Shown in pieces: positions 42,621 through 55,705 of a stretch of 64,000 bases of DNA. Position 1 is the first letter of the stretch. The number at the start of each line of letters is the position of its first letter. A program made the translations under genes and the position numbers. Source of the stretch: Raja brachyura (lineage: Eukaryota); assembly GCA_963514005.1 (NCBI GenBank), contig OY740808.1, forward strand, positions 31,186,001-31,250,000, in the 5' to 3' direction. Below the pieces are notes generated by a model that ran no database searches, was not told where the DNA came from, and saw only the letters and a list, made by a program, of their open reading frames with translations.

Positions 42621-44679
42621 AAAGCGGGCTAACTGTTGATGAAGCAACTGAAGATAATTAAGTTTTGAACCTCTATCATCTGGTCTGATGCTGCGATAAT
42701 TGCCTTCAGTGTGTGCAAATTATGAATACAACCAGGAAAGAGTTTCCTCCCATTTCTCATTGGCCTCTATTTAACTAAGGCACTGTTTCATCCGATCAAA
42801 TACAAAATGAACTCTGTGCAGATGGAAAACTTTGAGTGTTGCAGAGAAGAATCACATTGTAGTATATCCAGAGTATTGCCATGAGGCTTTTTGTGTAACT
42901 GATCCAATTCAATTTCTCTAAATAGGAATTGTCCATATTGTTGGAGAAGCTATAGGTGACCTAGAGTCAGTTCTACCGCATGATCGATGTCTCAAAAATT
43001 TCAGCCCAATCTTGTGGGTTATCCAAGCCATGCTGTAGGTTTTAATGGCCTACCCTTTGGAAGGAGGTTTTCTGAAGTGGGCTGAATGCAAATAAATTGT
43101 CAATGAACAACTTAATTCCAAGCAAAGAGTGTATTGATGAGAGACTTCCATATGGTTGGGCTGAAACTTATTCCTTAAAAATACCACCAAGGTAGTCCTA
43201 GGCTTCACTAGGTTACATCCTATCATCGTAACCAATCTCATTCATATTGGATATAATTTCAATCACTAGAGTGTATTCTCATTGACTCAAACACTCCGTT
43301 TTGCTAGGAATCCAGGTTATCATAGTGATTAAAAGCTTCCTGAATAAAGAGTCTCAACCCAAAACGTCGCCTATTTCCTTCGCTCCATAGATGCTGCCTC
43401 ATCCGCTGAGTTTCTCCAGCATTTTTGTCTACCTTCGATTGTCCAGCATCTGCAGTTCCTTCTAAAACATTTTCTCCTCCTTGCGCTTTTAGCACTTGAT
43501 TCCAATTCTGGATTGCTACTGTGGTAAGTGTAGGTGCCATTGAATTGGTGGAATCAAATTGATCAACTAGTTTTATTCAATAGCACTACTGATAACTCCA
43601 TCCATAATTATATAGACTTCTGCTTGGAGGTTGATGAAGCAATAACTGGTGGGGTTATATTTATCTCATTTATTTGTGGCTGGACATTTATGGGCATTTC
43701 TCCATGCTGTTGAATAAATGTAGACTCTTATACTTAGGTCTTCAATGTGAGAGCCAGGATGGTTGAACCCAAGAATCTGCGATGGTAGGAATTTCACAAG
43801 GATAGTGAGAAGGATAATGGAAGCATTCTCTTTTGCAATTGTACTTATGCTTTGTGCTTCATTAAGGCGGTGAATACGAATACTGCATTTCCTATTGAGA
43901 GCTTTTTTGTCTAATTTTATATAAATGTTGAAATATGATGAGTATTGCTATTTCCAGGCAAACTAACTCTCACTAAATTCTGTTGCTGTTATGACCTTTT
44001 ATAAATGAAGTGTAAGTTTATTTTGCCCATCGGTAGTTTACTATAATGTTCCCACTGGTATTGCTACACTTTATGTTAACTATCCCCCACTGTCTTGAGC
44101 AGTGGTATAACATAAGCTATTTCATTTAAATCAACCTTCAATATAGCTAATAAGTTCAGTATGTCTTTTCTTTCTGTCTAATTCTGTGCTTGTCTGTATC
44201 CACTCAATGTAAGCCTCATATTATCCACTTCTATTGTCACAAATATTCTGTATTTTAAAATCCATCCTGCACGTCCCATAGTTTTCCATATTGTTTTCTA
44301 AATTTTGCTCCTATTCTTTGTCATGTCTCTTTTTCTTTTCTTTCCTTTTAACTTTACTTTCCTTTGTCATCAACGGTGCATTATGGTTTGATGTTTTGCC
44401 ATTACCCTTCAATGGAATATTTCTAGTGTATGTCTGAACATTCTCTTCCTTGAGGTACTTTATCCTGCAATCAACATTACCATTTTATCTGTGAAAGATT
44501 ACTTCCAAAGGCATTGAAATCAACTCTCAGCCAGTTCAGCAGTTTACCTTTAGTATTTCTATAATTATTTTAAATCGTCAACTTTTTTTTCAATGAAAAT
44601 GCACCACAAACATTTACATCCATTCTTTCAACTAATAACCACCCCATTCATTCCTACCATGCATCTGCATGGTATTTTC

Positions 44680-45130
44680 CCATGTAGTCACATCTCGTAT
44701 ATGTCTTCTTGTACCTGTTTCCTTCCCAACATCCATTGACTCAAGTGGTCCTTCCAATTTATGCAATGATTAATTTGCACATCTTCCATTCAACATTCAT
44801 TGTTCACAATGCTGACTGTCCTCTGAATAAACCTAACTCATATTAGTTGACAGCTTTGCAGGAACTGACATGCTCAATCTGCAATGACAACTCTGAGCTC
44901 CCTGCCACTTTAATTTTCCATCAGACTCCACCTTTAGTCTATCTGGCAGGCATTCTCATAGCAATGTCCAATGTAAGTTTGAGGAAGTGCACCATATCTT
45001 CAATGTGGGAATATCACAGTCTTCCAGATTCAATGTCAAATCTCTGACATTAGCTGAACAGCTTCTCCTTCTCTGCCTGTAAAAAACTGTCCGTTTCTGC
45101 CTTTCGTAACCAATATTGGGTCAGTTTCTT
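44680..45130 (+). mobile_element. Highly decayed Penelope-like GIY-YIG fragment; its 3' ~200 bp recurs at about 45648-45845
   Basis: Similarity to the KLEEQHLIFRLG-coding DNA (AAGTTTGAGGAAGAACACCATATCTTCAATCTGGG in the second copy). Confidence 0.55.
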
Positions 45131-45317
45131 CTTCTCATTATCACAGCATAACCTGCTGGGCATGTCCTACAGCCCTGCATTTCACACCATTCCATTGGTA
45201 ATGGTTTATTAATGTCACGGGTACCAAGTTGCAGGAGATTCACATTCTCTAACTGCCCTCATCTCATGGTTTACATTCTTCGCATCAACTTTTTTTACCA
45301 GGTGGCCTCACCAACCT

Positions 45318-45410
45318 GTCTGAAGAAGGGTCTCAACCCGAAACGTCACACATTCCTTCTCTCCAGAGATGCTGCCTGTCCCGCTGAGTTACTCCAGCAT
45401 TTTGCGTCCA
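45318..45410 (+). mobile_element. Short PLE-derived element with hammerhead core
   Basis: GTCTGAAGAAGGGTCTCAACCCGAAACGTCAC plus conserved tail. Confidence 0.8.
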
Positions 45411-46129
45411 TCCCCACAGCAACCATGGCTTCACATTGTAAATGATATCCCCTTTGCCCCATCCGTTCATTCATTCCTCAGCTCGATGAAGAATTTGGTG
45501 AGCAAAATATAGTAAGATATTTAACATGAATGTTATTTACAAAATACACTTTTTTTTGCTACAGTGGGATAAATCAAATACGTTTTAAGATGCAAATGAA
45601 TTACCTTCAACACAATACTTTGCAAATCACCCAACAAAACATCTCAACTTTAGTCTATCTGTCAGAGATGTCAGGCATTCTCATAGCAATGCCCAATGTA
45701 AGTTTGAGGAAGAACACCATATCTTCAATCTGGGAACATTACAGTATTCCAGATTCAATGTCAAATCTCCGACATTAGCTGAACTGCTTCTCTGCCTGTA
45801 CAAAAACTGTCCATTTCTGCCAATCATCACCAATATTCAGTCAGTTGTCTACATTCGATTTTTATTAATCTTGTCTATCAACACATTGCATGTGCATGGT
45901 GCTGCATCCACATATGTGCATCTTTCAATTGTATGGCTGCACATCTGTAGTTTGCAAGGAAGTAATAACATTTGTAAATAGGCGTCTGCATATTCAAATT
46001 GGTTCTCGGGCAGCCTTGGTGAAGTGACAACCGGAATAGTGAAGTTTGGGAATGAATAGAGCAGAGAAAGTTTTGTATTAACATTTTTTTAATTTACTTG
46101 GAAGTAATTAAACTGGATAGATGTCTCTA

Positions 46130-46520
46130 AATTGAAAAGGGTGCAAAAACGATTTCAAAGGATGCTACTGGATCTGGATGGTTTGATGCTGTATAAGCTG
46201 TGTCTGTTTTCCCTGCAGCATGGGAGGCTGAGGGGTAACCTCACAGAAGTTCATAAAATCATGAGGGACTTAGATAAGGTGAAGTCTTATAAGGATAAGT
46301 TACGTCTATTTCTCACGGTAGGAGAGTCGTAAAGCAGAGGGCATAGGTTTTTGTTGATGGGGGGAGAGGGAACTGAGGGGTAACATCTTCACACAGACAA
46401 CTGTACATTCATGGAATGAACTGCCTGAGGATATGGTAGAGACAGGTACAGTTACAACATTAAAACGGCACTCAGACAGATAAATGGAGAGGAGAGGTTA
46501 GAGTGGAGTTAAATTCATGG
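46130..46520 (+). mobile_element. CR1-type LINE fragment
   Basis: KRVQKRFQRML…LCLFSLQHGRLRGNLTEVHKIM is a CR1 ORF2 C-terminal motif. Confidence 0.8.
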
Positions 46521-48609
46521 AAACATTTTAGATTAAGTTTAAATAGTATCAAGGTCATAGCGTCATAGAGTCTTAGTGTGGAAACAGGCCCTTCGGCCCA
46601 ATTTGCCCACACCAACCAATGTGTCCCATCTACACTAGTCTCACCTGCCTGCGTTTGGCCCATATTGCTCTAAACCTGTGCTATACATGTACCTGTCTAA
46701 ATCTTGTGATAGTCCCAGCCTCAACTACCTCCTCTGGCAGCTCATTCCATACACCCACCACCATTTGTGTGAAAAAGCTACCCTTCAGGTTCTTATTAAA
46801 TTTTCCCCCACTCACCTTAAACCTATGTCCTCTGATTCTCGATTCTCCTATTCAGAGGAAGAGACTCTGTGCGTCTACCCGATGATAAGGTATGAAATGT
46901 TGAAAACATTTTTTTAAAGTGTTTGAAGAAATCTCATAATTTTTTTAACTTAAATATTCTCTCCTGTTGTATCATCTTACCTGTTCAAATTATCCAAATG
47001 AGTTTCACACCTCATGGCATTGCTATAAACAATGGCTGACAATAGTATGATGGTAATCTCAGAAGGAAAAATTGCTTCAATAAGGCAGAATTTCCTCTCA
47101 ATCTACCCATACTAAACAACCACGGCTTCTCACTTCCAGTGGTGTTATGAACAAACATGAGGAGAAAAAAACTATCTGGCTCCATTCCCTTTAACCAGAA
47201 GACCGTAAGGCCAATTGTATTTTGTCATCACCGTTCTGGCTTTCAGTAGTGAACTCATCATATTCCTGGCAACGCATCTTCCTAACCTATTTGCCTCACA
47301 TCCACACAAGATAAACAAAATGGACTTCAATTGAACAGATGGATTAAAAGAACAGTTTAATACATGCTTTAACCATTTATCAACTACGTGGATTTCTTTT
47401 TACTACATATGAAACTAAATTCCTGTGAAATTCCAACATTTCTGTCAACCCTAAACCATACAACAGTATACCCCAGTGGCCTTTGTTTCTCAATATTGTA
47501 ACACTCTTTAAAGATTACACATGTTTCTACTCTGACCATTAAAATTGTGATGAGAATAGCAGCCTACTAAAAGACCACGTGAAGATAGATACAAAATGCT
47601 GCAGTAACTCAGCGGTTCAGGCAGCATCTCTGGAGAAAAAGAACGGATGATGTTCCGGGCCGGGACCCTTGTTCAGACTGAAAGTAGGGGGAAGGAACAG
47701 GAGGTAAGAAAGGGCCAGAAGACCATGTGATATTTTTATCTTTTTAAAATGTCTCCGTGTGTATTAAAAGCTCAGATGAATGCTCAGACAATTAATTTTG
47801 AGCAAACTTGCTTGGCTCCAATTGTATTAATCAAAACATTATTTCAGGTGAATAAATCACAGTATAGTCAGTAACTTTGATTATTAATATTAGGAAGAAA
47901 GCATGAATATATCTTAATATACAGGATTTCCCCTCGGTCATTTCTAATATTTTCCAACGCAGTCTGGCTGGATGGGAGAATGGGAGAAAAAAATTAGACC
48001 TCAAAAAAATCCAAAGTACTCTAATATTAGGAACAATCAACAAAGGTTATAGCTAATAATCTTTAATTAACTTGCTTATCAAGAATCTTCCTGTTTTTGC
48101 CTTTAAAATTTTTAATTATGCTCCCATTTGAAGGATATTTGGTGTTAAATCTTGGAGTAGGTGATTATGACCTGTTGCAATGAATAAAATCTTGTTTAAA
48201 GAGTTTAAAGGAATTTCAGTTGGTAACTCATTTATCAGTGCACACAAGGATGTGAATTTGTTCAAAATGATTTAAATCGGTGTAGCATTTTACAGAATAG
48301 AAAAAAAAAATCGGAATCATTTTTTTAATGGATTTTTAATTGATTTTTAAAACAGATTTTAACATGCAATAGCTTACACAATTATAGCTCTGTAAATGTT
48401 GCAGACCCTGCCAACGCACCACAAGTCCACATTGAGGAGGTACAGGGGGAAAAGAGGGATAAAAAGCTTGCAGAACACAAAGGGGGAAAAAGAAAAAGTG
48501 AAGTAGAAATGAAAGACTTGTGACAAGAGCAAAAAAAATGCACATCCAAATTGATGTAAAATTGAAAGTTTAGCTGAAATAATAGAATATTGAGATTTTT
48601 TGTAGTGGT

Positions 48610-49070
48610 GGTATTGTGTATAGTTCTGGTCCCCCAATACAGGAAGGAAGTGGAGGCTTTCAAAGGGGTGCAGAGGAGATTTACTAGAATTATACCTGGA
48701 TTAGGGGGTATTAGCTGCAGGCAGTGGTTGGACAGACTTAGGTTGTTTTCTCTGGCATGCCAGAGGTTGTGGGGAGACCTGATAGAAGTATAGAGATTTA
48801 TGAGAGGCATAGATAGGATAGACAGTCAGAACCTTTTTCCCAGGATGGAAACAACAATCAAATGGAATAGCTTCAAGGTGAGAGGGGCAAAGTTTAGAGG
48901 AGGTGATGGTTGAAACAGATACATCACAGGCATTTAAAACATAGTTATATGGTTATGTAGGTAATGGAGGGATATGGGTTATGTGCAGGTAGATGTGATA
49001 GTCTTGGCATCATGTTTGGCACAGATATTGAGGGTCAGTGGGCCTGTCCTTGTGCTGAACTGTTCAATGT
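48610..49070 (+). mobile_element. CR1-type LINE fragment
   Basis: PQYRKEVEAFKGVQRRFTRIIPGL…LDRLRLFSLACQRLWGDLIEV. Confidence 0.85.
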
Positions 49071-50139
49071 TTAAAATATTACCAATTAACAAAAGATGTG
49101 GAAGATCGCATATTTCATTTTAGCTCATCCAATTAGGCAGAAGAATCTGCTGCCACTTATGACATCCAACATGTTTGTTAATATGATTTTACCTTGATAC
49201 AGGTAGAGTTATAGAGTCATAGATTCACGCAGCACGGAATCATCCTCCTCGGCCCATTTCATCCATGGCAATCAAGATACCCCACCAAAGCTAGTCGCAT
49301 TGGTATTCATTTTGCCCATATCCCTGAAAAACTTTCCTATCCATGTACCTGTCCAAGTGCTGTTTTAAGTGCTGTTACACCTGCCTCAATCACCTCATTC
49401 ATCATACCAACTAAAATGTTGTCCTTCTGGTTTCTATTAATTCTCATCCCTCTTACTTTAAACCCATGTCCTCTGGAATATTGATTCTCCTACCCTGGGT
49501 AATTAAAATCATCATCATTGTATGAAAAAATATTAGTGCTCTCAGTCCTACACTCAACTTAGAAGAGTTTATTCAATTTGTCTCTTATTATATTTAATCA
49601 TCTTTACTACAGCTTAGAACCCATGGAGTTTTACATTCGGAGCAGCCATTTGTTCAAGAACCCCAGTTTTTTTTTCCATCTGGTGATGACACAGGAATTT
49701 ACCACTTGGATTTTCTGAAACAATGTAACAGAACCTTGTTGCTTGGTTTATTTAATGCTCAACTCTGGGCTCAATATTACGCGCATGAGATTTTCCAAAA
49801 TGGCAGGAGAAACTGATATTGGTGAAACTAGTAAACTAACGAGCTCCATAGAGCAATCTGGGCATCTGTCCAAAAGAGCAATTATGCACTCATCAGTCCC
49901 CCTATATTCATGCCCCCCCCCCCCCCCGGAAGATTTGGTGCGGTGCGGACTAGAGGGGGGAGGGGGTTGAGGGTGGAGGGGAGAAATTTACAGGAGACCA
50001 CATCTGAGGGAAGATTAGCCTGCCACTTATCCTTTCCTCACAAATAAACCGACAAATCAGGACAAGGGTTGGCCACCCGGCCTCTCGGATCTGTACTGCC
50101 AGCCAGTAACATTTTGGAGGCACCCTAGATCATCACCTC

Positions 50140-50618
50140 CTTCCCATTGACTCCATTTGTACCTCACGCTGCCACCAGCATAATCAAAGACAAGTCGCAT
50201 CCCGGCCCCTCTCTCTTTACCCCTCGCCCCTCAGGTTATAGAAGTGTGAAAACGCACACCTCCAGATTCAGGGACAATTTCTTCCCAGCTGCTACCAGGC
50301 AAGTGAACCATCCTAGTAACAACTGGGCTACTCATTGGAGACCCCTGTACTATTTTCCAATCGGACTTTACCTTGCAATAAACGTTAAAGGTAGACAAAA
50401 ATGCTGGAGAAACTAAGCGGGTGAGGCAGCATCTATGGAGCGAAGGAATAGGTGACGTTTCGGGTCTAGACCCTTTATTCCCTTTAGTGTGTTACATCTG
50501 TGCACTGTGGATGGCTCGATTGTGATCAAGTATTGTCTTTTCGCTGACTGGTCAGCACGCAACAAAAGCTTTTCACTGTACTTCGGTACACGTGACAATA
50601 AACTAAGCTAAACTCAAC
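50140..50618 (+). mobile_element. Rex1/Babar-type LINE 3' end, interrupted by a PLE-derived short element (about 50388-50475)
   Basis: IIKDKSHPGPSLFTPRPSGYRSVKTHTSRFRDNFFPAATRQVN matches the Rex1 C-terminal motif; AATAAA plus (CTAAA)-like tail; a minus-strand copy of the same 3'UTR lies at about 13661-13875. Confidence 0.75.
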
Positions 50619-53600
50619 TTTAAAAGTTAGATTCTGCTTCTACTGCCGTTTGAAGACGAGTTCGAAAGCATTAGGACAGAAAGCAAACACGCCCCATTTC
50701 TGCCTTAATCTGAAGCTCATTGGTTTTAAAATTAACCCCTGCTTCCTCAGGATGCTACATGTTTCTATTAAGTCACCCTCCTCTGAACGCCGGCAGATAT
50801 AACCCTAGCCTGTCCAACTTTTCATTTTTAAACACGAATGTTCCAGGTACCGCCCAGCTAACCTTCTCTGAACGGTCTCGCTTCATAAATTGAGTTTTTT
50901 TTTTAATGCGCTTCAGACTCCCCATTAGTTTGTTTTTGGCGTGGACGGATGAGAATCGACTGTTCAGAATTCATTAATTCCTTAGCTGTGAATTGGTTCC
51001 ACTTTTGAACCGTCAGTGATAATATTGCTCGAAATGAAGGTCTACCTACCAACGCTATCCCCAAACGCACTTCGCAGAATTCTCATGTATAGGCTGATGC
51101 CCGCACCGCAGTGATTCCTTCGCCGTCCTTTCCTGCCATTAGCAATTCCATATATGCCAAAGTCGTCTATCCTGGTTTACATTTGCAGTCTGCTATTTTG
51201 ACTTGACGAGGAATTAAGATTGGACACTCCTCGTGTACCACAAATACAAGTTGGATCGACACCTTTGTTTGGTGCCAGGGGGCGTATTTTCTCGGTAGAC
51301 CCATGCATCGTCCTCCGAATCTTCGACTGAGAAACCTACTTGAAGAAATTCCCGATCAGAAAAAGAATGTCACCAATACAGAGCAAACAATAAAAAACCC
51401 TAACCCCTCAGCATTGATGTTGCGCGAACAGTTATCCTTTTCACCCCAACCCCCACACAAAAAAACAAATGTTTGGATTGGAACATGATATTGAATTTGC
51501 AGCGATCCATACACAAGAATGAGAGTGAACCATTCAGTAGATTAGCAACGTTTTCCGGCCGTGGGTAGTTTGAGAATTTGCTCGGCTGCAGATATTATGC
51601 ACAATAGTATTTTAGTATTGGAAAGCCCGAGAACCGATTAAACGAAACCGACTATGTGGAACCACATATGGAGCCGTCTGTGTTGAAATAAACGCAAATG
51701 CACCGTGGCAATAGCAAACGAAGGGAACCTTGCATATATATTCATTCACCATCCTTGTTCTCGTTTGCAAAACTGACACATAGGGACTTGATCAAATAAA
51801 TTCATTTTTCAATCGAATCCCGTGCCAATCCCGTCTAAGAAACAAGCAGGCCGAAACCACGTTGGAGAAAGAACGTGTAAGAAAGAACTGCAGATGCTGG
51901 TTTACACCGAGGATAGACGCGACGTGCTGGAGTAACTCAGCGGGACAGGCAGCATCTCTGGAGAGAAGGAGACGCTGCTTGTCCCGCTGAGTTACTCCAG
52001 CATTGTGTGTCTTATGCGTTCAATTTTTCGTGGAGACAAAATAAACGCTGCATCATTGCAGCTCCAAGCTGTTCCTCAACAAGCGTAGTTAAATATTCAC
52101 TCCACCCAGACGTCTGCACCTATTTCTGTCAGCGTGACAAGTTGATACATTTGAGAGGCTGTACATTGAAATTTGACACTGAACACCCAAAACTACGAGC
52201 GTTGCACGCTCACACCTGTCCAATACACTTGCATTTATGAAGCCCCGTTTTAACTTGATTTTTAAAGGTCAGATAAAAGGTCATCAATCGGAAACGTTAG
52301 CTCCGTTCCACTCTCCGCCGATGCTGTCAGGCCCGCTGAGCATCTCATCCTTTATTTGGTTTGTACTTGCCTTTGTAATATGTGTTGGATGGAACTGCAG
52401 GTGCTGGTTTACACCGAAGATAGACACACAATGCTGGAGTATCTCAGTGGGACAGGCAGCATCTCTGGAGAGAAGGTCCGGGTGACGTTTCAGGTCGAGA
52501 CCTTTATTTGAATACATGTGGCGCTTTTAAATTCCAGAGTTGTGATGGGGTTGAGTTTCGTATCCCCCCGTTTATGTCAAGCTAACGGTGAGTATGGGTC
52601 ACCTAGGCAAGTCCAATACAAAGATCTAATCATATGGGGGTATATGGGGTGGGGGGGGGACCTGGCTTTAAAATGGTGCCGCGATCAACCAATCAGATGA
52701 ACAAATAGATTGGGATTCACATGTGAAACTTTGCAGAGTACAATGGATTAATCGTTTCTTTATCCTAACTAGACACTCGACCCCGTCTATCGGGCAGCTG
52801 CGGTCAGTTTTCACCCGAAATCAAACGCTATGCAGTGGAGCTCCATCCACGTTTCTGATATTTTTATTAGGAGTTTCAAATTCTCTTTTTGCTTGGAATT
52901 TGCCTTGAAGAGCGCCGTTGTTCGAAGCGTTACATTAAAAATGAATTTATTGGATCAAGTCCCTGCGATTTAGTTGTTGGTGGAAGCCAAGAAGAAATGG
53001 CTTAAGATTTTGCGACACTGAACGGGGGACATCTTTCCGATAAAGCTGCCAATTGAAAGCAATTGTTTGGTCTCTCCCAGAATTTAAATCCAATTTCAAC
53101 AACCTCGTTGCAACCGCACAGTCCGTTTGAATCGATTCTCGCTTCTGCTGACTGCTTGGGGCGAATGAATAATAAGTTGCTTCAAACCCAGTAACATTTT
53201 GTTATGAGGTTAATCAAAAAGCCAGGCACTGTTTCACTTTTTGAAGCGAATGCAATGTTTTCAAATCATAACGTTGAAATAGACAGCGTGAGTAATTAAA
53301 ACGAAGTTCCAGTGTTTATACCACAGCGCTCAACGATTGTATCTAGAACAGCACGTCTGTGAGATAAACATTACGATGGGATCATTCCCAGTTTCCCGAA
53401 CAAAGCATGTTATTTCTGTATTTGCATTTGGTTCGTTGTGTTCAAAGGAGCTGCGTTAACAAGCACAATTAATTACGGCGAGCAACATCTGGTTTGCAGT
53501 GAATTTCAATAGAAGGAATGTGTATTTTGTTGAAAGCAGCCCGTAGATTGGAATTAAATTTACAGCGCATATCCACTAGATGTGAAGAATTAGCCCCACT

Positions 53601-55479
53601 TACTTTATTTCGTGATTTAGCATCGTTCCAATGTTGCACTGTTCGCAGCCCAGACAAGGTAGAGACAATGAAAATAAATTACCTAACAGGCTAACTTCAA
53701 ATAAATATCTCCGGAGGAGCCCTGAAGAGTGAAAGGATGGCGTTTGCTAAAGGCTAGGGGCAAGGAAGTGAACACCTGGAACAGAGACTGGCTTAGAGCG
53801 TGGTCATTGTCCAATATCCCACATCATCAAGCAAGATAACAAAATCCACCCTCCAAAGTGCCCTGAAAACTTCATCAATCGTTGCCCATGTATTTAGCAT
53901 AACTTTGTTTTCCCCCCATCAGCATGACATATTTGGACGTGGCAGGTTTGCTTCCGTCCGACCGCACAAAATCCCCACACGTTATCGACGTAATATAAAA
54001 ACAAAGGTTCAAAATGTAACCGCATTAAGAAGAAGGACCAACAGCGATAGAAGGTTGATGCGGGTGCGAATGAGATTTAAAATATGACGGTTATAAATGT
54101 TTTATGAATGGATGATGGACCAGCAGATATTTATTCATATCTTATAGTTATGTAATTTCTGTGAAGCGATATGTTATAACGTATTTGTCTCCTTGTGTAT
54201 TATGTATCTTGCCCAAACCGTGCATTAGAGACAGATGAATCCATTCACTTCCCTAACCCGAACACAGACCAACATAATACACCCTCCCCCTCCACCAATT
54301 CTCACTTCTCTGCTGCAAGTTTAAGATGACGCTCGTTTGGAAGCCTATCTGTAGCTCCTGTGATCACCTTCCCCTCTGCACACGAAAAGCACGGAGAGTC
54401 AAGCTTACATTGGTCACAGGGTTGAACAGAACGACGCTGGTACGATATTGGTGGGAATTATTAAATCAAGACATGCTACACTATCCCCATACGAGGTGCG
54501 TCCAGGTCGGGAGAAATTATACCATGCCATTCCCTTCCATATTAGCGTCTACTTACAGACCTTGCTTTCCAATTGCAAGATGACGTTTGCGGATATCAGC
54601 TCCGGGGGCGACGGATGCGGATAGTTAATAGAGCGTGAATCCGCTGATCTTCAACGTGGAAGACAACGATAGAGCTTCATCGTAGCGAGTTCGGTTCTCC
54701 AATCCCGCAGATGCGCCCACCCGTCCAACAAAACAACGTTGATCAAAACATCCAAGTTTCTGCCTACATACTAGTCTATGATATAGGAGTGCGTGACAGC
54801 TGGACTCTGGAGGAAGCTGAAGTCTGCAGCACTCTGGCAGCTCTCCACAATCCCACCCCAAACCCTTCTCTGGCAGTCTACGAATTAGAACTGTCTCAAT
54901 TACTCCACATAGTTTGGATGGGTGTCAAGCGCGATAACAATGTGCACAATGAACATAGCAAACGGCTGCTGGCCGTAGCTAGAAGTGGGATGATGGGATA
55001 TCGCTAAGGGCACGAAACGGTGCCAGAAGAGCTGCTTGAAGCGAATCACTGTTGCAAAGTTCCCAATGCCCGGCAAGTTGTGGCAGAATCCGTTCTTCTT
55101 TGGTTAGCGATCTTCCAAAAAAAAAAAAAAATCCCGATGAACAGGAGGAATCACGCTTGGAGTATGTTCCAACAGAACTGTTGATCATAGCAGCAGAATT
55201 ACAAGGAAGTAATAAGTGCAGGAATAGGCAACTTCCAGTTCCCTGCACCATTTGCACTAATTTTGCACTTACTGATACGCACTAATAAGAAGAAGCCGGA
55301 AGTAAACTGGAAGACTTTGGTTTTACCATCAATGATTTTGAATTGTTTTATTTGGAAAGACACAAGAATGTGATTACAATTAGAGTAAACTGACGCCCAT
55401 ATTTAACCAATTGCTTTGGAACCTGCGCCCATTTAGTTGATAAACTCAAAGAATGCGATTTGGTTGTTAAAAAGGAAAG

Positions 55480-55705
55480 TGTGGGAAGGAACTGCAGATG
55501 CTGGTTTAAACCAAAGATAGACACAAAATGCTGGTGTAACTCAGCGGGACGGGCAGCATCTCTGGAGAGAAGGAACAGGTGACGTTTTAGGTCGAGACTC
55601 TTCGTCAATCCTGTCTGAAGAAGGGTTTCGACCTGAAACGTCAACTATTCATTTTCTCCAGAAATGCTGTCTGAAGCTCTGAGCTGCTTCAGCATTTTTG
55701 TTTCT
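55480..55705. mobile_element. Foldback PLE-derived element
   Basis: Minus copy 55480-55610 abutting a plus copy starting GTCTGAAGAAGGGTTTCGACCTGAAACGTC at 55613; similar foldbacks at about 3068-3207, 12835-13070, 15578-15800, 39165-39385 and 51876-52012. Confidence 0.8.
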
